25,358 bases of DNA, from contig NC_087541.1 of NCBI RefSeq assembly GCF_963921805.1, positions 672,482 to 697,839 of the forward strand, written 5' to 3'. Shown here in pieces: positions 1 to 9,669 of this stretch; within the stretch, counting starts at the first letter, position 1; each line of letters opens with the position of its first letter. The notes beneath the pieces were generated by a model, which ran no database searches, had not been told where the DNA came from, and was given only the letters and a program-made list of their open reading frames with translations. The position numbers and the translations under genes are program-made. This DNA is from Phalacrocorax carbo (lineage: Eukaryota).

Positions 1-120
1 GCGCGCGGCGGGGCGGGAGGCGCTATTGGCTGGCGGCGCCGGAAGCCCCGCCCCACCCGCGCGGCGCGAAGGCGGCGATGGCGGCCGGGAGCGATCGCGG
101 CGGCCCCGGGTGAGGCGACG

Positions 121-750
121 GCGCGGGGGGTTGTGGGATATTGGGGGTCCCTCGGGGGGGCGCGGGGGGTTGTGGGATATTGGGGGTCCCTCGGGGGGCG
201 CGGGGGTTGTGGATATTGGGGGTCCCTCGGGGGGGCGCGGGGGGTTGTGGGATATTGGGGGTCCCTCGGGGGGGGCGCGGGGGGTTGTGGGATATTGGGG
301 GGGACCCCGGGGGGGGGCGCGGGGGGTTGTGGGATATTGGGGGGACCCCGGGGGGGCGCGGGGGGTTGTGGGATATTGGGGGGACCCCGCGGGATGGGGG
401 GGGGGCGCGGGGGGTTGTGGGATATTGGGGGGACCCCGGGGGGGGCGCGGGGGGTTGTGGGATATTGGGGGTCCCTCGGGGGGGGCGCGGGGGGTTGTGG
501 GATATTGGGGGGACCCCGGGGGGGCGCGGGGGGTTGTGGGATATTGGGGGGACCCCGGGGGGGGCGCGGGGGGTTGTGGGATATTGGGGGTCCCCGGGGG
601 GGGCGCGGGGGGTTGTGGGATATTGGGGGACCCTCGGGGGGGGCGCGGGGGGTTGTGGGATATTGGGGGGACCCCGGGGGGGGCGCGGGGGGTTGTGGGA
701 TATTGGGGGGGACCCCGCGGGATGGGGGGGGGCGCGGGGGGTTCTGGGAT
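121..750. repeat. about 38-40-bp G-rich minisatellite (GGGGCGCGGGGGGTTGTGGGATATTGGGGGTCCCTCGG), about 16 copies
   Basis: visible tandem periodicity. Confidence 0.85.
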
Positions 751-1466
751 ACGCTGTGACAACCCCCCCCCCCACCCCGTAGGGAGCCGCCGCTGATTGG
801 AGGATCCGCGAAGGGGCGGAGACGGCGCGGGGGGGCGGGGCGAGGGGAGACCACGCCCCCCCGGCTCCGCCCCCGCCTGGCAATGGGGTGAAACCCGGCG
901 AAAATGGGGGCGGGGGGGGAGGGGAGGGGCGAGGGGGGGGCGAGGAGGAGGAGGAGGAGGAGGAGGAGGGGGGGAGGAGGAGGAGGAGGAGGGGGGGGAG
1001 GAAGAGAGGCCGCTCCCGAAGAATGGGGTGAAAAAGGGCAAAAAAAAGGGCTGAGCCCCAAAAGGGGGAAAAAAACTGGGAGAAACGGGGCGAAACGGGG
1101 CGGGATCGAGAGCGAGGAGGGGGAGGGGGGGGAGGAGGAGGAGGAGGAAGAGCAGGAGGAGGAAGAAGGAGAGGAAAAAGGCACAAAGCGGCTCGTAAAA
1201 AATGGGGTGGAAAAGGGCAAAATCAAGACTGAGCCCAAGACAGGGAAAAAACTGCTCAAAAATGGGGTGAAAAGGGGCAAAATCGAGAGCGAGGAGGAGG
1301 AGGAGGACGAGAACAAGGATGAAGATCAGGAGGAGGAAGGAGACACAAAGCGGCTCGTAAAAAATGGGGTGAAAAAAGGGCAAAATAAAGACTGAACCCA
1401 AGAAGGACAAAAAGCCGCTCAAAAATAGGGCGAAAAGGGGCAGAATCGAGAGCGAGGAGGAGGAGG

Positions 1467-2201
1467 ATGAAGAGGAGGATGAAGAGGAGGAGGATGAGAT
1501 CAGGAGAAGGGAGGAGGATGAAGATCAGGAGGAGGAAGGAGACACGAAGCCGCTCGCAAAAATTGGGGCGAAAACAGGCCAAAAAAAGGACTGAGCCTGA
1601 GAAAAGCTCTGTGAGAAACGGGGCGAAAAGGGGCAAAATCGAGAGCGAGGAGGAGGAGGAGGAAGAGGAGGAGGAAGAAGAGGAAGAAAGCACAAAGCGG
1701 CTCGTAGAAATTGGGGGAAAAAAGGGCAAAATAAAGACTGAGGCCAAGAAGGAGAAAAAGCCGCTGAAAAATGGGGCGAAAAGGGGCAAAATCGAGAGCG
1801 AGGAGGAGGAGGAGGAGGAGGATGAAGAGGAAGAAGAGGTGAAGGACCCGCCCCGGAAAAACGGGGTGAAAAAGGGCAAAAAGAGGAGCGAGAAGAACCG
1901 AGCTGTGAAAAACGGGGCGAAAAGGGTGAAATTGGAGAGGGAGAAGAAGAGGAAGAGGAGGAGGAGGAGGAGGAAGAGGAGGAAGAGGAGGAGGAGGAAG
2001 GCGACGAGCCGGCACCGGCAAAACGGGCTCAGAAAGGGCAGAAACGGGCCGAGGAGGAGGAGGAGGAGCGGGCAGGGAGGAAGGCCGAGGCCGAAGAGCG
2101 CCCGGGGGGCGGGGAAGAGGAAGAGGAGCCGGGACTCGTCCTCCTCCTCCTCCTCCTCCTCTTCCTCGCTGGAGGAGGAAGAGCGGCGCCCCCCCCGCAA
2201 G
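1467..2201 (+). CDS. HIRIP3: HIRIP3-like large internal exon (3' part): K/E/S-rich repeats [21 protein letters not shown]..., poly-Ser ...SRDSSSSSSSSSSSLEEEERRPPRK, donor AAG|GTAACC at 2202
   Basis: open frame ending at a strong donor; the Ser run followed by an acidic stretch, and the KNGV motif, resemble the HIRIP3 central region; upstream copies (about 900-1460) switch frame at A-homopolymers, so the true 5' boundary is unknown. Confidence 0.45.
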
Positions 2202-2209
2202 GTAACCAG

Positions 2210-4650
2210 TGCGCCCAGTGAGGGGGGGTTTGGGGGGCACTGGGGGCGTTTGGGGGGGTCTCAGGGGGGGTTCGGGGGGTCTGAGGGGGCGTTTGGGGCG
2301 TCTGGGGGGGGTGAGGTGGGGGTTTGGGGGGTCTGAGGGGGCGTTTGGGGGGTCTGAGGGGGGGTTTGGGGGTCTGAGGGGGCGTTCGGGGGGTCTGAGG
2401 GGGGGTTCGGGGGGTCTGAGGGGGGGTTCGGGGGTCTGAGGGGGGTTCGGGGGGTCTGAGGGGGGTTCGGGGGTCTGAGGGGGGTTCGGGGGGTCTGAGG
2501 GGGCGTTTGGGGGGTCTGAGGGGGGGTTCGGGGGTCTGAGGGGGGGTTCGGGGGGTCTGAGGGGGCGTTTGGGGGGTCTGAGGGGGGGTTCGGGGGTCTG
2601 AGGGGGGGTTCGGGGGGTCTGAGGGGGCGTTTGGGGGGTCTGAGGGGGGGTTCGGGGGGTCTGAGGGGGTGTTTGGGGGTCTGAGGGGGCGTTTGGGGGG
2701 TCTGAGGGGGGGTTCGGGGGGTCTGAGGGGGGGTTCGGGGGGTCTGAGGGGGGGTTCGGGGGTCTGAGGGGGGGTTTGGGGGTCTGAGGCGGGGTTCGGG
2801 GGGTCTGAGGGGGCGTTCGGGGGGTCTGAGGTGGGGTTCGGGGGTCTGAGGGGGGGTTTGGGGGGTCTGAGGCGGGGTTCGGGGGTCTGAGGGGGGGTTT
2901 GGGGGGTCTGAGGGGGCGTTCGGGGGGTCTGAGGGGGGGTTGGGGGGGTCTGAGGGGGCGTTTGGGGGGTCTGAGGGGGGGTTCGGGGGGTCTGAGGGGG
3001 GTTTGGGGGTCTGAGGGGGCGTTTGGGGGGTCTGAGGGGGGGTTCGGGGGGTCTGAGGGGGGGTTCGGGGGGTCTGAGGGGGCGTTTGGGGGTCTGAGGT
3101 GGGGTTCGGGGGGTCTGGGGGGGGTTCGGGGGTCTGAGGGGGGTTCGGGGGGTCTCAGGGGGCGTTTGGGGGGTCTGGGGGGGGTGAGGTGGGGTTCGGG
3201 GGGTCTGAGGGGGGATTCAGGGGGTCTGAGGGGGCGTTTGGGGCGTCTGAGGGGGGGTTCGGGGGGTCTGAGGGGGCGTTTGGGGGGTCTAAGGGGGGGT
3301 TCGGGGGTCTGAGGGGGGGTTCGGGGGGTCTGAGGGGGGGTTTGGGGGGTCTGAGGGGGGGTTCGGGGGGTCTGAGGGGGGGTTTGGGGGTCTGAGGGGG
3401 CGTTTGGGGGGTCTGAGGGGGGGTTCGGGGGGTCTGAGGGGGGGTTCGGGGGGTCTGAGGGGGCGTTTGGGGGGTCTGAGGTGGGGTTCGGGGGGTCTGG
3501 GGGGGGTTCGGGGTCTGAGGGGGGGTTCGGGGGGTCTCAGGGGGCGTTTGGGGGGTCTGGGGGGGGTGAGGTGGGGTTCGGGGGGTCTGAGGGGGGATTC
3601 ATGGGGTCTGAGGGGGCGTTTGGGGCGTCTGAGGGGGGGTTCGGGGGGTCTGAGGGGCGTTTGGGGGGTCTGAGGGGGGGTGAGGGGGGTCTGAGGGGGG
3701 GTTTGGGGGTCTGAGGGGGGGTTCGGGGGGTCTGAGGGGGGATTCAGGGGGTCTGAGGGGGCGTTTGGGGGGTCTGAGGGGGCGTTGGGGGTCTGAGGGG
3801 GGGTTCGGGGGGTCTGAGGGGGGGTTCGGGGGGTCTGAGGGGGCGTTTGGGGGGTCTGAGGCGGGGTTCGGGGGTCTGAGGGGGGGTTCGGGGGGTCTGA
3901 GGGGGCGTTTGGGGGGTCTGAGGTGGGGTTCGGGGGGTCTGGGGGGGGTTCGGGGGTCTGAGGGGGGGTTCGGGGGGGTCTCAGGGGGCGTTTGGGGGGT
4001 CTGGGGGGGGTGAGGTGGGTTCGGGGGGTCTGAGGGGGGATTCAGGGGGTCTGAGGGGGCGTTTGGGGGGTCTGAGGGGGGTTCGGGGGGTCTGAGGGGG
4101 CGTTTGGGGGGTCTGAGGGGGGTTCGGGGGGTCTGAGGGGGGGGTTCGGGGGTCTGAGGGGGGGTTTGGGGGGTCTGAGGGGGGGTTCGGGGGGTCTGAG
4201 GGGGTGTTTGGGGGGTCTAAGGGGGGGTTCGGGGGTCTGAGGGGGGGTTCGGGGGGTCTGAGGGGGGGTTCGGGGGGTCTGAGGGGGGTTGGGGGGGTCT
4301 GAGGGGGGGTTCGGGGGGTCTGAGGGGGGGTTGGGGGGGTCTGAGGGGGGGGTTTGGGGGGTCTGAGGGGGGGTTCGGGGGGTCTGAGGGGGCGTTTGGG
4401 GGGTCTGAGGGGGCGTTTGGGGGGTCTGAGGGGGGGGTTCGGGGGGTCTGAGGGGGGGTTTGGGGGTCTGAGGGGGGGTTCGGGGGGTCTGAGAGGGGGT
4501 TCGGGGGGTCTGAGGGGGGGTTCGGGGGGTCTGAGGGGGGGTTCGGGGGGTTTGAGGGGGCGTTTGGGGGCTCTGAGGGGGGGTTCAGGGGGTCTGACAG
4601 GGGGTTCGGGGGGTCTCAGGGGCGTTTGGGGGGTCTCGGGGGGGGGTTGG
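2210..4650. repeat. 20-21-bp G-rich minisatellite (GGGGGGTCTGAGGGGGCGTTT / ..GGGGTTC), about 120 copies, filling the HIRIP3 intron
   Basis: visible tandem periodicity; G-runs of 5 or more in every unit. Confidence 0.9.
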
Positions 4651-4849
4651 GAGCAATTTAGGGGATCGCTGGGTATTTAGGAGGGTCTTTAATCCTGGGG
4701 GGGGCTCAGAAGGTGAATTTGGGGGGGCGGGAGGGGACTCGGGGGGGCAGGGGGGGACTCGGGGGGGGGGCACTGGGGGGCTGGGGGGGTATCGCGGGGC
4801 GGGGCCCCGCGGGTGCAGCCTCCCACGCCCCCCCCCCGCCCCCCCGCAG

Positions 4850-5016
4850 GTGTCGGGGCGCGGCGGGGGGGGACCCCCCGGCCCTGCGGCGCCTCAAGGG
4901 GTACCTGCGGGCCTGTGGGGCGCGCCCCAACTACAAGAAGCTCCTGGGGGGCTGCCGCAGCCTGCGCGAGAGGGTCGGGGTGCTGCGGGGGGAGCTGCGG
5001 GCCCTCGGCCTCACCG
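4850..5016 (+). CDS. HIRIP3: HIRIP3 exon: (R)CRGAAGGDPPALRRLKGYLRACGARPNYKKLLGGCRSLRERVGVLRGELRALGLT(G), C-terminal conserved HIRIP3 domain
   Basis: strong acceptor (CCTCCCACGCCCCCCCCCGCCCCCCCGCAG ending at 4849); matches human RLKRYxRACGxxRNYKKLLGSCCSHKERLSILRAELEALGMKG; first of five tandem copies of the G|GTGCGG donor at 5017; phase with neighbouring exons is off by 1 nt. Confidence 0.7.
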
Positions 5017-5340
5017 GTGCGGGGCGGGGGGCTGCGGTGGGGGGCTGCGGGGGGAGCTGCGGGCCCTCGGCCTCACCGGTGCGGGGCGGGGGGCTGCGGT
5101 GGGGGGCGGGAGGGGGGGCTGCGGGGCCCTCGGCCTCACCGGTGCGGGGCGGGGGGCTGCGGTGGGGGGCGGGAGGGGGGGCTGCGGGGGGAGCTGCGGG
5201 CCCTCGGCCTCACCGGTGCGGGGCGGGGGGCTGCGGTGGGGGGCGGGAGGGGGGCTGCGGGGGGAGCTGCGGGCCCTCGGCCTCACCGGTGCGGGGCGGG
5301 GGCTGCGGTGGGGGGGCTACGGTGGGGTGGGAGGGGGCTG
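4988..5340. repeat. 62-74-bp tandem repeat of the HIRIP3 exon 3' end plus splice donor (GGAGCTGCGGGCCCTCGGCCTCACCG|GTGCGGGGCGGGGGGCTGCGGTGGGG), 5 copies; a degenerate sixth copy (donor GT mutated to AT) lies at about 5690-5750
   Basis: direct sequence comparison. Confidence 0.85.
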
Positions 5341-6480
5341 CGGGGGCTGAGAGGGGGAACTTGGGGGGCTACGGTGAGTGGGAGGGGGGATGTGGGGGCT
5401 ACGAGGAGTGGGAGGGGGGATGTGGGGGGCTATGGGGGGTGGGAGGGGGGATATGGGGGACTACGAGGGGTGGGAGGGGGGACGTGGGGGGCTACGGCGG
5501 GTGGGAGGGGGGACGTGGGGGGCTGCGGCGTGTGGAAGGGGGAACTTGGGGGGCTACAGGGGGTGGGAGGGGGAATTTGTGGGGTGGGAGGGGGATTTTG
5601 GGGGGCTACAGGGGGTGGAGGGGGAATTTGTGGGGTGGGAGGGGGGATATGGGGGGCTACGGGGGGTGGGAGGAGGGATGTGGGGGGAGCTGCGGGCCCT
5701 CGGCCTCACCGATGCGGGGCGGGGGGCTGCGGGGGGCGGGAGGGGGGATGTGGGGGGTGACAGGGGGAACTTGGGGGGCTACAGGAAGTGGGAGGGGGGA
5801 TATGGGGGGCTACGGGGGGTGGGAGGGGGGATGTGGGGGGACTACGGGGGGTGGGAGGGGGGACGTGGGGGGCTGCGGCGTGTGGGAGGGGGAACTTGGG
5901 GGGCTACAGGGGGTGGAGGGGGAATTTGTGGCATGGGAGGGGGGCTGTGGGGGGCTACCAGATGTGGGAGGGGGGTTGTGGGGGGTGGGAGGGGGGGATA
6001 TGGGGGGTGGGAGGGGGACTTTGGGGGGGCTACAGGGGGTGGGAGGGGGGGATGTGGGGGTGGGAGGGGGGCTGTGGCAGGGGGCAATTTGGGAGGTGGG
6101 GAGGGAGGATATGGGGCCTACAGGGGGTGGGAGGGGGATTTTGGGGGGCTACAGGGGGTGGAGGGGGAATTTGTGGGGTGGGAGGGGGATTTTGGGGGGC
6201 TACCAGATGTGGGAGGGGGGTTGTGGGGGGTGGGAGAGGGGATATGGGGGGCTACGGGGGGGTGGGAGGGGGGGCTGCGGGGGGCAGGAGGGGACTTTCG
6301 GGTGTGGGAGGGGGCTGGGGGGGATTTGGGGGGTCATCGGGGGGTTTGGGGGGGTCTGCGGGGCGCAGGAGGGGGTTTTGGGGGGGATTTTGAGGGGTTG
6401 GAGGGGCGTTTTGGTGGGCAGGAGGGGGGATTTGGGGGGGCTGGGAGGGGGTTTGGGGGCGGCCTAGAGGGGTCGGGCGG
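5340..6480. repeat. about 30-bp G-rich minisatellite (GGCTACGGGGGGTGGGAGGGGGGATGTGGGG), about 35 copies
   Basis: visible periodicity. Confidence 0.85.
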
Positions 6481-6739
6481 GGTTGGGAGGGGGTTTGGGG
6501 TGCACTGGAGGGGTCACTGGGGGGGGTGGGGGGTCATTTTGGGGTACGGGGGGCATTTTGGGGGAGGGGGGGGGGCTGAAATGGCTTATTCCACACGCTC
6601 GGGGGCGGGGGGGGAGCGATTTGGAGGGGGGGGTCTGAGGGGGCGCTGAATGAGGCTGGGGGTGGGGGGGTGTGGGGGGGGTTACTGGGGGGGGGGTGTG
6701 GCTTTTTGGGGGTGCCTTTGACCCCTCCCCACCCCCCAG

Positions 6740-6839
6740 GACCCCCCCTCTTTGGCTCGCTGCCGGCGCCTCAAACGCCGCCGGGAAGAAGCGGCCGAGC
6801 TGGCGGCGCTCGACGTCGCCAACATCCTCCCCACGCCCG
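6740..6839 (+). CDS. HIRIP3: HIRIP3 exon: DPPSLARCRRLKRRREEAAELAALDVANILPTP(G)
   Basis: acceptor ...CCCCACCCCCCAG ending at 6739 (in-frame TGA at 6719 excludes upstream acceptors); donor G|GTAACG at 6840; matches human TPSLGKCRALKEQREEAAEVASLDVANII. Confidence 0.75.
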
Positions 6840-6975
6840 GTAACGACACCCCCCACCCCCCCCAAAAAAAACACCCCCCACCCCCCAAAAAAAACACCCC
6901 CCACCCCCCAAAAAAAAACACCCCCCAAAAAAACACCCCCCAAATCCTTACCCTCCCCCTGCTTTAAACCCACAG

Positions 6976-7113
6976 GTCGAACCCGGAGGCGAAACCCGTG
7001 GAACCCCCAAACCCCCCCCGGGGAGAAAATCGGGGGGTCCCCCCCCCCCTCCCCCCCCAGTCGACTGGTCCCGGCTTCGGGGCGTCATTAGCTCCGACGG
7101 CGAGAGCGAGTGA
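6976..7113 (+). CDS. HIRIP3: HIRIP3 terminal exon: (G)RTRRRNPWNPQTPPGE..[frame shift in poly-C]..DWSRLRGVISSDGESE stop (TGA 7111-7113)
   Basis: acceptor CCCACAG ending at 6975, in phase with the previous exon; matches human RPRRRTAWNP..PPGE and the C-terminus PDWSHMRGIISSDGESN; the two conserved blocks are in frames differing by 1 nt across the C11/C8 runs at 7039-7058. Confidence 0.7.
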   Translation, partial: VEPGGETRGTPKPPPGRKSGGPPPPPPPVDWSRLRGVISSDGESE

Positions 7114-7148
7114 CCCCCCCCCCCCCCCCCACCAACCCCCTCCCCAAA

Positions 7149-7154
7149 ATTAAA
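7149..7154 (+). terminator. ATTAAA polyadenylation signal 36 nt downstream of the HIRIP3 stop codon
   Basis: variant poly(A) hexamer in an AT-rich patch (7140-7200) directly after the TGA at 7111. Confidence 0.5.
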
Positions 7155-7260
7155 AACTCCTCGTTTCCAAGGTTTTATGCCTCAAAAAACGTGGGGTTTT
7201 TTTTGAGTTTTTAAGTGGTTTTGGCGGGGGGTTAAAGATGGGGGGGGGTGGGGGGGGGGG

Positions 7261-7445
7261 TTAATACTTGCGCTGGTGAAGAAAAAAACCGGGGGGTCTT
7301 TTTGGGGGGGGGGGGTCGTCTCCTTCCAGCTGGAAAAGGTCCCTCCCCGTCCGGAGAATCTGTTCTTCTAATTTTTTATGGCGTTTCATATCGGATAAAA
7401 CTTTATCGAGGCGCGCCTCCCGCTTCTGCCCGCGGCTGGGGGGGC
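7261..7445 (-). CDS. PAGR1: PAGR1 exon 3 (terminal): (G)[47 protein letters not shown]..[frame shift in C12 run]..LHQRKY stop
   Basis: acceptor CCTCCAG with phase matching exon 2; matches human [39 protein letters not shown]; the conserved C-terminal ...QRKY-stop is reached only in a frame shifted by one nt after the G12 run at +7306-7317; TAA is the complement of 7261-7263. Confidence 0.75.
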
Positions 7446-7554
7446 CTGGAGGGGGGGCACGGCGGGGTTGGAGGCGGCGCCGCCCAGGTTGGGGGTTTCC
7501 CGCCCAAAATGGGGGGGGGGGGTTGGGGAGGGGGTTTGGGGAGGGGGGCCTTAC

Positions 7555-7637
7555 CCGGGGCTCGGCGGCGGTCGATGAGGGAGCTCTTAGGGGCGACGGG
7601 CTCGTCGTCGAAGTCGAACTCGGTGGCGACGGGCGGC
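7555..7637 (-). CDS. PAGR1: PAGR1 exon 2: [28 protein letters not shown]
   Basis: acceptor CCTCCAG (complement of 7638-7644); donor G|GTAAGG (gt is the complement of 7554-7553); matches human [24 protein letters not shown]. Confidence 0.8.
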
Positions 7638-7805
7638 CTGGAGGGGGGAGAGGGGCCTTACCCGGGGGTCGGGGGCGGCGGGGGGCGGCGGGGGGCGGCG
7701 GGGGGCACCATCGGGAGGGGGGTCGCGAGGCGTGAGAGCTGCGGGGGGGGATTCTGGAAGTAAGGAAGCGCGAGGCGGGGAGTCGCGAGGTGGACGAGTC
7801 GTGGA

Positions 7806-9230
7806 GTGAGTGAACCGCCAGGGAGGTCGTCGAGCCGCGAGGGAAATGGCGACCTAAGCCGTGAGGTAAATCGCGAGGGAAATCGCGAGGGAAATCGCGA
7901 GGGAAATCGGGAGGGAAACGGCGAGGGAAATGGCGAGGGAAACGGCGAGGGAAATGGCGAGGGAAATCGGGAGGGAAACGGCGAGGGAAATCGGGAGGGA
8001 AACGGCGAGGGAAATGGCGAGGGAAATCGGGAGGGAAACGGCGAGGGAAACGGCGAGGGAAATGGCGACCTAAGCAGTGAGGTAAATCGCGAGCTAAGCC
8101 ATGAGATAAATCATGAGGTAAATCGCGAGCTAAGCCGTGAGGTAAATCGTGAGGCCGTGAGGTAAATTGTGAGGTAAATCATGAGGTAAATCGTGAGGCC
8201 GTGAGGTAAATTGTGAGGTAAATCATGAGGTAAATCGTGAGGCAAGTCGCGAGCTAAGCCGTGAGATAAATTGTGAAGTCAATCATGAGGTAAATCGCGA
8301 GCTAAGCCATGAGGTAAATTGTGAGGTAAATCGTGAGGTAAATTGTGAGGTAAATCATGAGGTAAATCGTGAGGCCGTGAGGTAAATTGTGAGGTAAATC
8401 ATGAGGTAAATCATGACGCAAGTCGCGAGCTAAGCCGTGAGATAAATTGTGAGGTCAATCATGAGGTAAATCGCGAGCTAAGCCGTGAGGTAAATCATGA
8501 GGTAAATCGCAACCTAAGCCATGAGGTAAATTGTGAGGTAAGCCGTGAGGTAAATTGTGAGGTACATCATGAGGTAAATCGTGAGGCCGTGAGGTAAATT
8601 GTGAGGTAAATCATGAGTTAAATCGTGAGGTAAATCGCGAGCTAAGCCGTGAGGTAAATTGTGAGGTAAATCGTGAGGTAAATCGCGAGCTAAGCCGTGA
8701 GGTAGACTGTGAGGTAAATCGTGAGTTAAATCGTGAGGTAAATCACGAGCTAAGCCGTGAGGTAAACTGTGAGGTAAATCGTGAGGTAAATCGCGACCTA
8801 AGCCATGAGGTAAACTGTGAGGTAAATCGTGAGGTAAATTGTGAGGTAAATCATGAGGTAAATCATGAGGCCGTGAGGTAAATCGTGAGGTAAATCGTGA
8901 GGTAAATCGTGAGGTAAATCGTGAGGTAAATCGTGAGGTAAAGCGTGAGGTAAAGCGTGAGGTAAAGCGTGAGCTAAGCCGTGAGATAAATTGTGAGGCA
9001 AATCATGAGGTAAATCGCAAGCTAAGCCGCGAGGTAAATTGTGAGGTACATCGCGAGCTAAGCTGTGAGGTAAATCGCGAGGTAAGCCGTGAGGTAAACT
9101 GTGAGGTAAGCCGTGAGATAAATTGTGAGATAAATCGTGAGCTAAGCCGTGAGCTAAGCCGTGAGGTAAATGGCGAGGTAAATGGCGACCTAAGCCGTGA
9201 GGTAAACAGCGAGGTAAAACGACAACATTT
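7806..9230. repeat. 12-bp minisatellite (CGAGGGAAATGG / GTGAGGTAAATC), about 118 copies, in PAGR1 intron 1; followed by an A-rich tract at 9235-9275
   Basis: visible periodicity; the unit is a multiple of 3, which explains the long REGNGEGN pseudo-ORF. Confidence 0.9.
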
Positions 9231-9308
9231 CCCCTAAAAAAAAAAACCACGCCAAAAAAAAAAAAAAAAAAAAAGGGTGGGTGGGATGTGGGGAATTTTT
9301 GTCTCTTA

Positions 9309-9669
9309 CTTCTCCTCCTCCTCCTCCTCGCTCTCGGGCTGCCCGGCCGAGCGCGGCTCCTCCTCGCTGTCGGGCTCCGGGGTGGGCGCGCGCCGGGGCA
9401 GCGGGACGTGCCGCAGCGGGAGGCTGCCCTGGTCGGCGATGAGCTCGTAGAGCCGCCGGATATCGGCGGGAGGGGGAAGCCATCCCTCGGGGGGTTCCCC
9501 TTCCTCCTCGCTCCAAGGAACCCCCCAGTCCTCCTCCTCTTCCTCGCCGAGGGGCGAGGGGGGCGGGCGGCGGGCGGCTCTCGCCGGCGCTGGCGGCCGG
9601 GGGGTCGGTGACGGCGAGGGAGCGGAGCCCCGACGTCACCTCCGACGCGTCCTCCGGCGGCGCCGTCAT
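9309..9669 (-). CDS. PAGR1: PAGR1 (PA1) exon 1: [22 protein letters not shown]...[78 protein letters not shown]
   Basis: reverse-strand translation matches human PAGR1 ([58 protein letters not shown]); ATG is the complement of 9667-9669; donor AAG|GTAAGA (gt is the complement of 9308-9307); an internal 1-nt frame inconsistency lies near 9540-9600. Confidence 0.78.

Noticed and set aside
797-1054. ORF MEDPRRGGDGAGG... considered as a possible HIRIP3 N-terminal exon
   Set aside because: It has no similarity to the HIRIP3 N-terminus and is Gly/Arg low-complexity. The N-terminal exons are presumably upstream of the window.
2210-4650. Regularly spaced direct repeats that could superficially suggest a CRISPR array
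   Set aside because: The units are contiguous with no unique spacers. The sequence is clearly eukaryotic, with GT-AG introns and vertebrate gene homologues. It is a minisatellite.
7806-8165. ORF encoding [12 protein letters not shown] repeats
   Set aside because: It is generated by a 12-bp minisatellite, a multiple of 3, inside PAGR1 intron 1. It has no start context and no homology.
9235-9275. Long A-tract (A10..A23) considered as a retroposon poly(A) tail or polyadenylation site
   Set aside because: There is no upstream AATAAA, no recognisable SINE/LINE body and no target-site duplication. It lies inside PAGR1 intron 1 next to the minisatellite and is most simply a simple-sequence tract.
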